Assembly (NCBI GenBank): GCA_951406725.2
Contig: OX597814.1
Coordinates: 95,480,001-95,544,000 of the forward strand
Length of the DNA stretch: 64,000 nucleotides
Reading direction: 5' to 3'
Source: Octopus vulgaris
Lineage: Eukaryota
Of this stretch, positions 23,840 through 37,800 are shown in pieces. Numbering within the stretch: position 1 is the stretch's first letter; the number at the start of each line of letters is the position of its first letter. The notes beneath the pieces were generated by a model that made no database searches, was not told the DNA's origin, and saw only the letters and a list, made by a program, of their open reading frames with translations. A program made the translations under genes and the position numbers.

Positions 23840-26800
23840 CTAGGGAGAAAACAAATATAAAATAGAAAGTGATTACATTTTTTATTACAAAGATCTAACA
23901 AAGAAAAATTATTGAAATGTAAGATCAATATTAATATAATTACAGGTGTAGGCATGCTCATTTTGGGTTCAGTACAACAGTGCTTTGGGCTGATCGAAGC
24001 CTTGTGAATGGATTTGATAAGCAAAAATTGAATGCTGGTGATCACACAGACATTTGTACATGTGTATTCATTTATGTTTGGGGTCTACAGAAGTTGCTTG
24101 CTTATGAGCAGTGTTGTTTCACTTCTCCAGTCAACATGCTCAACTGCTTAGAGCCTTTGAAAAATGTGTTTAAGAGATCCCTTACTTGAAAGGGGCTGTA
24201 AAACAATGACACAACAACACAGTCATCTAACTCAGAGGTTCTCAACCGTTTTTTATCTATGGACCCCTTTTATTACTATTTTATTCTGGTGGACCCAATA
24301 ATTTTATAGAAACTTCTTTCAAAATACCCATTTTGTTTTTCACACATTAATTTGTGTAGGTTGAACTATCCAAAATGTTAGAGAAAGAAGCCTAGCTGTT
24401 TCTTGCAATACATAACAATAAATCTAAAGCAAGTTTTTTTCAGGGGGCCCTTAAAATACTATTGTAGATCCCCAATTTACTATTTTGTTGTATGGACCCC
24501 CTACAAAATCTTATATGAACTCTGGTTGACAACCACTGATCTAACTCATGCTGGCATGGAAAAGAAATAAATGTTACAGAGGAAAAACATTTAAGTAACT
24601 GATAATGTATTGAATGGCACACACCAAAAATTCTCGAACTGAATGGAAAAAATATAATTTCCTTAACATGAAGATGCAGGTATGGCTGTGTGGTAAGAAG
24701 TCTGATTCTCAATTACATGGTTCTGGGTCAAGTCCTACAAGGAGGCACCTTGGACAAGTTTTTTCTACTAAAGCCCCTAAACCAAGCAATGCCTTGCAAA
24801 TAGATTTGGTAGACAGAAACTGAAAGAAGCCTGTTGTATGTATGTATATATATAGCAATAAGAAAATGGAGGGGATCAATAGGTGGTTCATCAACTTATA
24901 GACATATTATCATGTTAACTTACTTATTTATTTACTAAACTGATAATTATAATAATATACATACATACATATAACATATTATGCGGCAAAATAACTTACA
25001 GCTGTTTCAGCCAATAGATAAAAATACCTCATTCTACCTTTATTACTTAAGTGGAATGAAGTAACAGGTAGATGAAAATGAGGTACTTCGGTATATCTCT
25101 AGGCTTCATCAGAGATTATAAAGTACATAATGTTAAGTTATAAATAAGTATAAATAAGTTGATGAACCACCTATTGATCTCCTCCATTTTCTTATTACTA
25201 TATAAATTAATGGTAAAATATCTCTTTACCTTCACCCATTTATTACACTAAGTAATGTAATTGCAATGCAATAAAAAACACTTGTGTATTAATAATTGGG
25301 TATTCTACCAGCAGTATATTGGATAGATATTATCCCTTAGTGAGTTGGATTCACAACCTCTAACTTTCGAGTTATATATATATATATATATATACACACA
25401 CATATACACACGTGCGCGCACATCTGCATTTTTGTCTTTGTATTTCTACACCAATGCCGGAGAACTAATGTTGGTTTGTTTACATCCCTATAACTTAACA
25501 GTTTAGTAAAGGGACTGATAAAATAAGTACTGAGATCAATTGGTTCAACTTAAAAAAAAAAAGCCTCGCTTCAAAGCACCCCAGCATGGCCACAGCCAAA
25601 AGACTGAAACAAGTAAAAGATAAAAACCAAGATGCACATTATACAAATCCTTACTCCTCACCTTGTTTTTTCAGTTTTCTCAACAGATTTCTCAACAGTT
25701 TTCTTTTGTTGAGTTTTACTAATTGGGGAAGGAGTTTTAGTAGCATGGAAATTGCAAACTGATTGCGGCAGAACCCACTGTGAAAAGGAAAAAGAAAAAA
25801 GTTGTTCAAAGAGACATGAAAATTTCTATAGCATTAATTTAATTCCATTTTATTTTTTGTTGAAAATTATCATCATCATCATTTAACATCTGTTGTCCAT
25901 GCTGTTATGGGTTTGGCAGTTTGACCGGAACTGGTAAGCAGGAGGGCTGCACCAGGTTCCAGTCTGATTTGGCTGGTTTCTACAGCTGGATGCCCTTCCT
26001 AACGACAACCACTCCAAGAGTAGTGCTTTTTACATGCCATCGGCAACGACCATAACTACAATTTCACAAGTGCCATTTACATGACACTGACAATAGTCAC
26101 AGTTAGAATTTCACTTGGTTTGACATGGCCGTTGCTAATATCATATAAATGACACTAAAACTAAATCATTCCATAAAAGTATCACAAGCCAGGAGACATT
26201 CAACCTAAAACTCAGGCTTATTGATTTTCAAGGGGAAATTAACTCTTTAGCATTCAGATTACTTTGTCGAAAGTAATAATTATTTATTCACATTACCTTG
26301 TGATTTCAATTACATAATTATAAATTTTTAGAATATTGTAAGATAAGTGTAAGAGGCCCAATTTGGTTAGTTTGAGCATAAAACAGGTTGAATATTTGGG
26401 CCTGATATGGTCAATTTGAATAGCAAAGGGTTGAAAAGTTAAGCTAAATAAGGCTAATAAAAATAGTATAATACTCAAAGTTGAGTCTATTATCTAAATA
26501 TCTGTTTTGGTTTGTAATCATATTTTGTGCATTATGCTAATAATTTATAAAAATTTAAATAGAACATATTACCTGATGTTTGATATCCAATGTGGGATTC
26601 TGTAAATGGATATTTGTTTCACAATGAGACTTCAAAAGAGACAATCCTGAAAAAAAAAAGAAAAAAATTTAAGTTTTAGAGAGACTAGAATATGACAAAA
26701 AACACATTACATGGCAAAAATATTAAGTAAATTAAGACACTGTTTTGAGGAGCGATAACTGAAAACTTATCACTGAAAGGCAAGCCAAGCAAAAATGTTA

Positions 26801-29800
26801 TTAATGCTGCCTCAAGTGTAGAACCCCAGAACAGTGATGCAATAAACAGCGAGACCAGATCGAGAAAAACAAGAACAATTACATTAACTGTGCAAAAGAA
26901 TCAAGGCATCATTCAAGTACAAGAATTATTGGTAAAGAATAGTTTGGTAGTCAAGCAAAATAATCTATTTCTAGGTAAATATGAAACTGGTACTCCTACA
27001 TCTTGCATGACCAGTCAATAGATGTTTGGTTGATAAACTTTCAGAATCTTGACCATCCTATTCATATCAGCCTACTTCCCCAAGAACACAATATAAGTGC
27101 TTATATTTTAATTTAAATCTAGCTCATAGTTATGTTTCACTTAAAACAGCCATTATTATATCAATCTCATTCTCTTCTATTCATCTTGTCATTAGTGGTG
27201 GCTGTGTAGTAAGGAACTTGCTTTCCAACCACAAGGTTCCAGATTCAGTCCTACTGCATGGCACCTTGGGCAAGTGTCTTCTACTATAGCTTCAGACCGA
27301 CCAAAGCTTGAGTGAATTTGGTAGACAGAAACTGAAAGAAGCCCATTGTATATATATATATGTGTGTGTGTGTGTCTATTTGTCCCCCCATCATCTCTTA
27401 ACAACTGGTGTTGGTGTGTTTGCATCTCTATAACTTAGCAGTTCGGCAAAAGAGACCAATAGAATAAGTACGAAGCTTACAAAGATGTTCAACTAAAGGT
27501 GGTGCCCTAGCATGAACTGCAGTCAAATGACTAAAACAAGTAAAAGAATATATCTCAAAATGAGTGAGACTGTCTTTTTTTTTTATGGGTATGAACTATA
27601 TAGGATCATATAGAGAGAGAAAACATGGTGCTTCAGTTGAAACTTATTTAACCTTTCTATCACCAACCTTCCCACTCTACCTGTTTTTATTTCTTTTTAT
27701 TTGAATAGTGAAAACAATCTCATCTCATTGCTATGTTCATAACAACACAAGATTGCAGTAAATATACTTATATCATCCAACATTGTTACAGTATAAATTC
27801 TGTACCCCTGAAACTTTTCAAAATTGATTTTAGTTTTTATAACATCCCACCCAATTTGAAATGAATATCAACTTAGTAACAGTAAATTAAAATTTTAAGG
27901 ATTTTTAATGTATAAAGCAATTGCTGCAGTGACTGATAGCAAACATATTTAAAAAAAAAAAAAACAACAACAACAGGCCTTTTCTTTGAACGTATATTGC
28001 TATGTTCTACATAGCAAAGAGAACAAATTAGACAATTTTGTACATGTTTTGCCAAAAATACAACAGACATTCTTATGATGGATAACCAATTACTTGAACA
28101 CAAATAAAATTCTTCAGTTTCATGTGTAATTACCCAATTTGGTTTTTGAAGCTGTGTCAATAGTTTCAAATATGCAATAGTGATAACAAAATTATGTGGG
28201 TAAGATTACAACTTATAATAGAAAATAACTTTTGCATAAAATATTCTATCATAGATTAATAATAGAAATTATTTGTAAGGTATGTTTCAACTACAACTTT
28301 TATATACCAATAAACAATTAAGTTATAGTTGTTTTGTACTATGTTTAAATTCTCAATTTTAGCTTGTTTTTTTTTTTTAACCCTTTAGCATTCGGGTTAC
28401 TCTGTCACATGTAGTGCTTTTTTATTGACATTGCTTTGAATTAATCGTACATTATCTCATAACTTCGAGATTTCAATGATGTGATTATTTATTTTTAGAA
28501 TGACATTGCAGCATAAGTGTGAGAGGCTAGATCTTGCCAGTCTGAAGATAAAACAGGTAGGTTGTTTTGACCAGATAGGACCAGTTTATATGCTAAAGTG
28601 TTAAATTTAATTGAAATATATAAGCAGTATATTCTGGTTAGCAATACAGGAAGAGTTAAGGCTTAGTAAAGATTATTCAAATACAAAGTAATAAATTCTT
28701 TAAAAAAAAAAATCTTTTTCATAAATGTACTTATTTTGGGATAAAAAAGGGAAAAAGGTTCCTTTACCTTGTGTATTTGTCTTGGGGAATTGAGTGAACC
28801 ACTGATCCAGCAGCAGGTTGCTGTATCGTGGTTGTTCAAAGAAACGTAAATATTTTGTGGTAGAACTCGTTGGAAATATTCGTTCAAAATTTCCACATCG
28901 CTTTTCTTCATCAAGAGTCAAAATCAAAGTTCGAATGTCATAAGGTGTTAAAATATCTAAGATAGTCTCCTGGATTTGCTATAATCATAAAATCATAAAA
29001 TATTTTAAAAACTGAAAACAAAAAAAAAATCACTATTCATCAACCACAAAACAAGCAAGTTTATAATCACTTCAACCACCGCTATTGATTCGCTACCTGC
29101 TTTGCATTCAACCCCACAGTTTTGACCTATCTTCTCAAAATATATCCCCTTCCACTCCTTTAGGTTCCCCATCTGGCATATACTCATGCCAAATGCAGAA
29201 AACTGGCAGCTACTTCAAACCAACAAAGTCACCAGTCCTGACAATGTTCCTTCTATAACACTCAAACACTGTGCTCCAGACCTTACCCATACACTAACCC
29301 AATTCTTTAATCTCCCAATCTCTACAAGGACATATTCTGAAATTTGAAAGTTTGCTTCAGTGTGTCCCATTCCAAAGAAATGGCAATCCAGATGAGTCCT
29401 ATTGCACTCACTCTTAACGTCTTTTAGGTAAAGGAGACAGTGCATTAACAATATCTCCAACACCTTGAATATCTCCTTAATGAACACCTGTAGAGCTTCC
29501 ACAGAGCCAAATCCACCAGCAATCTACATTTTTATGTTACTCATCAGTGAGTTCTCGCCATACAGATGACTGGTGAAAGCATTGAGTTGTTGCCCTAGAC
29601 ATCAACAAGGCCTTCGACCATGTCTGTGACCATGCAAATTTTCTATCAAAACTTCACATATCTCTCTTCATCTCTTGAATTGGTAGCTTCCCAGCAGACT
29701 GCACTATTGCAACATATGCTAAAGAAGCTCCTAGTTTCTGATTGTTAACAGATTCTGGGGTGCTCCAGGGTTCAGTTTTGTCTCCTTTTCTTTTCTTTCT

Positions 29801-31744
29801 GTACGACAACCTACTTACTGCAACACCTAACAACAGTTACTCTCATACAAATGATATAAGCACATCTTTCCTCCTTAATCTTCCCCAACCGTGCATCATC
29901 CACTTGCAGCTGACAGCATACTTGCACTGATTTGATACAAGGAGACTTCAAGCATCCTATAATGGAAGCTATGCCAATCTTATCTCTTTTAGTAGCAAAA
30001 GACTCATATCAAGAAAACATTATCACACCCCAATCCATCCCATCAAAACATGAGCAGCTCTCAATTACAGACCTCATGATCACTCCAAATGCCAAGGATC
30101 TCTCCTGGTGAGAGCACATTATTAACATAATTAGGACTGCATCCCAAAGACTGGCTCACTCTTCAGGGACAGAAAATATTTCCACTCAAATGAGGTTTGC
30201 AATGGAGCATTGCTGCTCAACATCTGGGACAACACTGCTACTACATACAGACATCTTGGACTATATCCAGAGAAGGGCCACTTAACTGACCGGTATTAAA
30301 TGACTCAAAAGACATGCTCCAGCCATTGGCCCACAAACATCACATCTCCTCTGTCTTTCCTATCACTACTATAATGTCCTCTGCTACTCAGAACTGACAT
30401 TCTTGTATTTGCTCCACTCAAACATTCTCATCCTACTCATCTCTCCCCCTCCTATCACCCTTACATCCAATTTCCCAAGCTCCACACTGAGCACTATCCA
30501 AATCCTTCATCCCCAGAACATCAGGCCTCTGGAATCTTCGCATATCTTTGGTTCCAATCATAGTAATATTTTCCCATAGCCAGGTATGTTTTTAATGGCA
30601 GAATGGAAACAAACAACACTACTTGTATGATGGTGATGCTCATTTACAACCATCACATGATGCCATTGCAAAGGTACACACACACACATGCATGCACACA
30701 CAATGGGCTTCTTTCTGTTTCCATCTACTAAATCCATTCACAAGGACTTGGTCAGCCCAGGGTTATAGCAGAAAAAACTTGCCCACAGTTCCATGCAGTA
30801 GGAGTGAGCCTAGGACCACATGGTTAGGATGTAAGGTTCTTAAGCACATAGTCATGCCTGCACCTATTTATATGTCAACAAGATTCCATTTTCTTTTTTG
30901 GGGTGGGGTGCACAAATTGAGATAAATTCAGTAAAATTTAACAAATAATAAATCAAAATAAAACAAAGAACATTAGCTTCTCCTCACCAGATCTAATCTG
31001 TGTTGAGAATAGTAAGAGTGCTTTGATTTCTCATCAGTGGATATGCATGTACTGTATAGACGTTTGTCCAAGCAGAGTTTGTTAGGAGGCTTATACTGAC
31101 CACTAAAAAAGAAAAAGAAAAAAACTGTTTTACAGAAATAACCATAAAAGGTACAAAGTATTTTAATTAGATTAATAATTATCGTCACAAGAAACAAAGA
31201 AGCTGGGGTTTACAGGTGCAGGTTAAATAGAAAGTTGAGCTGCTTGTGTTATTTACAAAAGAATACACAAGAAGCAATGTGAAACAAGTGGCTAACCCTT
31301 TAGATTATGAATCTGCCTGAAATAGTCGGTATGTTTACAGGGACATAAATACACCAACACCAGTTGTCAACCAGTGTAGAAGGATGAACACAGACAAACA
31401 CACACACATATATTATCATCATTGTTTAACATCTATTTTCCATGCTAGAATGAGTTGGACAATTTGACAGGCCAGCTGAGGAGCTGTCCAGACTCCAAAT
31501 TGTCTGTTGTGACATAGTTTCTACAGTTGGGCATCCTCCCTAACACCAACGATTTTTACAGTATGCTGGGTGCTTACGATGGATGGGTTTCTTTCGGTTT
31601 TTATCTACCAAACCCACTCACAAGGCTTTGGTCAGCCCAAGGCTAGAGTAGAAGGCTCCTGCCCAAGCTGCCACACAGTGTGAATGAACCTGGAACTATG
31701 CAGCAGGAAAGCAAGCTTTTTAATACACAGCGACACCTGTGCAC

Positions 31745-31806
<62 letters not shown>

Positions 31807-34800
31807 AGAACATGCACACATGTATATTTAATGTAAATGGTTAAGACTTTATAATATAAATTTAAAATTATACATTTACAAATATATCTTAAGATGGGAA
31901 AGGTAATGGGGTCAAGCATGTATCTGTTGTTTACTGGATGGCTCTATTACAAATTAAGCCACAGCAACTGTGGGCAACTTAATCCATGAAAGTAATAGTC
32001 ATAAACATATTATCAGAAGCTAAATATATCTCTACAGATTTTTTTTATAGAAATTATAGCCAGCACTGATTCGGATTCTATGTTTCATATCCAAGACACC
32101 TGATGTAAACGAGATCAAAGATGAAACATGGGTAATAGGCGTATGTCATATTTCAGAAGTTTTGCTCCTTCATCAGCACCCATCCAATCCATTAATCATC
32201 CACAAACAAATTGTTTAAATACCCACTAAATACAGCAGTAATGTTATGATATACCAATTTTATATATTAAACACATTCCTTGAAGCTGGTACATCATCAT
32301 CATTTAATGTCCACTTTCTATGCTGGCATGGATTAGATGATTTGACTGAAACTGGTAAGCTGAAGAGCTGCACCAGGTTCCAGCCTGATTTTGGCTTGGT
32401 TTCTACAGCTGGATACCCTTCCCAATGCCAACCACTCCAAGAGTATAGCGGATGCATTTTATGTGTCATTGGCACAGGTGTTTTTACATGTCACTGGCAA
32501 GGATGCTGTTATGGGTCACCAACACTGGCCACTACTGCAATTTTACATGGCTTGGTGGGTCTACTCAAGCCCAGCAAATTGCCAAAAGTCACGATCACTT
32601 GTCATTACCTCGATGAGACCCCACATTCAAAGATCAGGCTTCACCACCTTGACCTATGTCTTCCTGGGACTACCTCTTCCACAGGTTCCCGCCAGAGATT
32701 GGTACTTCTTTATGCAATTGTCCAGCACAGTTACCTCTCTTGCACACCACATCTGATACCTCTTAAATCCAATTTGTCTCTCAAGACACACTTTGTCGTA
32801 CACATATACTGACATTGCACATCCAGTGGAACATATCAGATTTATTTATTTCAAGCCTTCACATGTTATCTGCAGTCACAGCCCATGTTTCAGTGCCATA
32901 TAGCATGGCTGTTCGCACAGAGGCATCATACAATCTGCCTTCCACTCAGAGAGAGGCTCTTCATAGCCAACAAAGGTAGAAGCTCTCTGAACTTTGCCCA
33001 GCCTACTTTTATTCTAGCAGCTATGCTCTCGGAGCATCCACCTCCAATGCTGACTTGGTCACCTAGATAACGAAAGCTAACAACTACTTTTAGGTATTCC
33101 CACAGGCACTTGATAGAGTCTATTTTCTGTATATTTCTAGAGTTTATTGTACTTGTGCATCTGCCACACACAAAGACTACGTAAATATTAATGACCTGTA
33201 GGGAGACCGTATTTTGTTATATAACCATAATATACTGCAAAGTATATTAAACGTTTTTATAATTATTGTGTTCTACTGTGTTAGCAGTGCTATTACATCA
33301 CTTGTTAAGGTTATCTCAACAGATTTTCTATAGAAATTATATCCAATAAATGATAGTGGATACAAGTATTTGAGGATTTTAGAACTGGATGATATGACAG
33401 TAATCTCATCAAAACTTTCAAGACTTGCTAGATACTGCGCATCTTTTAAAGCAACATTATCTGTTTGAGGCCCTTGTTGTGATTTGACAGATGACTACAT
33501 AATCTGGTGCATTTTCCATCTACACTGTGACAAAATAAATGACAACAAATACAATAACCATGATCATGTCACTTACTTTTCCAAGTGATTATTCACAACA
33601 TTGCTTACTAAATCATCTTTTGCAGGTAGGTGAAAACCTGCAATATTCAATACATCACATACCATAGGCTCTTTGATACTCACATCTAACGGAGTATTGG
33701 AATGCAAACTGAAATAAGAGAATACCATTATTGTTAACAATTTAGAATTTTTTTACAAACTTCATATCTTTTTCTGTTGGCCTTCCATGCACATTCAAGT
33801 CTCATCCACAATTTATGGATCATATACTTTTTAAACAAAAAATGGACACCAAAATAGTACACTGTGAACCTATTCAGTCAACAATAATTTAATGGAGGGA
33901 GTGAGATAATCATACAGTACACACATTTGCTCACTAAAAACAAATCATTTCTGCAGGTTATTCAGCATAAAAAAGAATCAAAAACTAAACACTTATACAT
34001 TGTCTTTGTCAAGAGATTCCATTATATATATATAGTATATAAATATAAACAAACAAGCATTTATTTTTATCATAAGCACCAAAATGCCTATTACAAGACA
34101 AAAATAAGATAATTTATTTTCAAGCACAGATATGCCATCAGAACAGCAGAAACATTGGGTAAATTACCCTAACAGCCAGACATGTATTATACAAACATAC
34201 ACAAAGTAGACCAAAAGTCACAAAGGGATTTCAATATTTAATAACTCCTTTATTTTCAGTTTTCAATGTACAGTACCAAAGCATCGTAGACAGTACCTTA
34301 TAAAAAATAATGTAAGTTTGGTACACCTGTTCTTCTGAGCATTAAATTCAACTGATAATCTAGTGATGTGCACAATTCTTCTATATCAAAATTTTGTTGC
34401 ATACCCAATTGAATATTGTGTGTGCAACACTGATGACTCATTTTCTATGGTAATGTTTAAACAAAATTTAAATGTTTTTACATTTTGCTCAGTTTACCAG
34501 GATTTACCTATAATTAGAGTCACTTTTTGCAATTATGTTCCAAATATCACATTTATATGTTAAGTAAAAAAGTTACAGTTGTTTAATGAAACTAGTCTAA
34601 ATTGATGATTATTTTAGAATTTAACTTAAACTCATGAGGAGTGTATTTTGGTCAGAAATCTAGTAACGAAAGGGTTAAGACAGTATGGTGTAATTTAGGG
34701 ATTTGTTTGTTACTTCCAACAGATCAGACAGCCATATCAAAGCTTTCCCTGTTGCACAAGCTACTTTAATAGAAATGAGTCAACATAAAAACATTTCAAC

Positions 34801-37800
34801 CTAATTGAAAGAATAAACTTACCTCGGTGAAATGTTGACTTCCAATAGCCATGGCTTCAAATACTCATCTAAGATAATATCAAAGCCAAATAATTCATAG
34901 ACTGAATAAGGTGATTTCAAGTTGGCTCTTGTCATACTGCAAACAACAGCTTCACCACTGAGACAAATAAAACAGTTCAAGTACTGATTAAAATTCAAAA
35001 TCAAATTGAAACCAAGCAAGTCAATAATGAATTAAATCTATTTATTTATTAATCTAACGATAAAAAGCAAATACATGCTTACATCTTCAAAGATGACAAT
35101 ATTTTTTAAAAAGTAGAGAGTAAGAGAATAAAGACATAAGAACCGTTGTAGATTATGTTCAAACATTATACCTACAGGCAGGGATGGTTGTGTAGCTAAC
35201 TCTTTTGATACCAATCAACCTGAGACAGCTCTTGTTTCTATGATACTAATCATCCTAAATTGAAACCTTCCAACATAATTTTATGTGGGAACCTTTTGTT
35301 AAGTTATATTCTGAAAAAATTAATTTAGGAAATCCCACAGAATGCCTCACTAGCAATATGGTCATGAAAGATTTAAGAATTTCATTCCCTCTGCACAGAA
35401 TCTTACTCAAGTATCTTCTACTAACGGCCTCATGTTGACAATTGCCTTCCAAGTGAAATTTGGAAGACAGATCTAAGGAAGTTCATCATATATGTAAATG
35501 TGTGTGTGATCCTCATTTAATGTCCGTTTTCCATGCTGGCAAAGGCTGGACAGTTTGACTAGAGCTGCACTGGATTCCAGTCTGATTTGGATTAATTTCT
35601 ACAGCTGGATGCTCTTCCTAACAACAACCACTTTACAGCTGCTTTCAAACATAACTGTCTTTTGGCATTTGCTTTGCCTGACTTGCACAGATGTTCCATT
35701 GTCACTCTCACCAATAGTTATGCAGTGAAACAGTTGATGGTTGACTCAATAGAAGTCTCAACCAATGATGTTATTGTACCAATATAAAATAAAATATGTA
35801 ACATGTGAAATGTTTATATCATCATTCATTAGAATTATCTGAGTAAACTGGGTAGATTGTCAGCATTCACATCATTAGGAAGACATTTCACAAGTTAACC
35901 CCTTGACAGTCATATCTGGCCCAAATATTCTACCTGATTTATGTTCAAATCAGCCAGATCTGGCCTCTCACACCTGTCCAACAATTCCATTGTAAAAAAA
36001 TAATACAAGCACACCATTGAAATCTCAAAGCTATGAGATAATGCATGATTAATCAAAATAATGTGAATAAATAAGTATTACATTTGACAGCATAATCTAA
36101 ATACTAAGCTGAAGTCAACACCAAAGAATCCCTGAATTTGACATAGAAGCAGCAATCACTATACTGAGGCACCAATGAGAAGACCCAGGTTTGAATACCA
36201 CTGAGTTTTTACAGTTTAATTCTCTTATGTATGTACTTCTATATTTACACATTTTGCTGTGCTAAACATTTCAATAATCCTAATTTCCATTTTATTAATA
36301 TGAATGATATTTCTATTTCATATACTAAATATTCAAATTTCCATTTCATATTACAATATAACATTTCAACATTTAAAATACTCAAAATATTTAAATGTTT
36401 AGAATGAGTCAAGAAATTTTACAATCTTCTTTCAAAGAAAATGAAAAATGGAGTTATAGAAGTCAGGTGTACAACATAATACTATAAGTTGATAATTAAA
36501 TAAAATGTTAAATTCAACATACCTTACAATTGTCTTTATTATTATATCTTTGATGGATTCCCAAATAGGTTGGCTATTAATCCCTTGTTTTTTCAAGTAA
36601 CTCCACAAAGCTTTTAAACTCCTATAATGAATATAAGTATTTAATACTAGCAGTATCGCCCGGCGTTGCTCAGGTTTGTAAGGGAAATAACTATAAAGCA
36701 TTTTTAGAGAGTTATAGCCAAAAAGTAGACAAACATGGAAAAAAAATTATGGTAAATTTTTTGAGAGTTAAAAAGGTGGAGTTGCGTCCCCTAGACAGTT
36801 TGTGGTTCGTGTTTCTGATTCTCGACTCCATGTCGAATTTATCGATTTTTTTCAGAACTGGGGAAACTTTTCAAAATTTTCGCTGCGTTAGTTTTGAATT
36901 ATGACATTGGGCTATGTGTGTGTCAAGTTTCATCAGAATCGGTTGAAAGCCGTGGTCAGGGTGAGGGTACAAGCAAACAGACACACAGAAACACGCACAG
37001 ACAAACTGCCGTTTATATAGAGAGAGATTTAATGAAAAGATATGGAGAACATATTGAAACTCTAAAACTAGCTTTGAATCCCTTTTGGTCAAAGATGTAC
37101 ACTTCATGACAGATGGGGCAGCGAGCTTGTGTGTGTGTGTGTATGAGTGGAAAAAAAAAAAAAAAAAAAAAAAAAGAGTTCAAAGCGGGACAGACAATTT
37201 ATCAGAACGTGGAATAAACAGCCTGCAATCAGAATCAGAGCCCAGAACCAGTAGTAAGAGTGGTGGATTCTGATCCAATAATATTCAAGCTAGGTATCTT
37301 AGGTTATGAAAAACACAGCAACAATCAACTTTCGATCTGTAGATTTGAACTCATAGCCTACAAAATGATCTTTGCTTTAACCACTCACAATCACATCCAA
37401 AGTATAATTAGATGTTCAATAATCCCACATCCTATTCGTCATGAGTAAAATACCAGTTGTAAAAAGCAATTCATTTTATTAATATTTTAAAGTTCAGTTC
37501 ATACACTTATATTAAGAGAAAACTATAAAAGGATTTTTCAAAAATATAGAAAAATACATTTCATTTACATTTGTAACATTTTTAAATAATGATCTATGTG
37601 ATTGCTTGACCAGCCACAAAGAGCAGCTCAAGTCACACCTTATTATCTACAGCAAAATAGGATATGTCATACATAGTTTGACTAAGGAGGCACAATAATG
37701 TTGAGAAATGTAAGAGAGAGAACTTAGTTCCAGCACCAAGTGAATAAATATCAAATATTTCAATATCAAAAGCAAGAAATTTGGCATTCACATTTGAAGT

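Noticed and set aside
33270-33524. Possible extra TTLL4 exon after a 52-nt intron (acceptor cacag at 33525)
   Set aside because: The required phase hits TAA after about 26 codons, and 33577 joins 31102 in frame without it.
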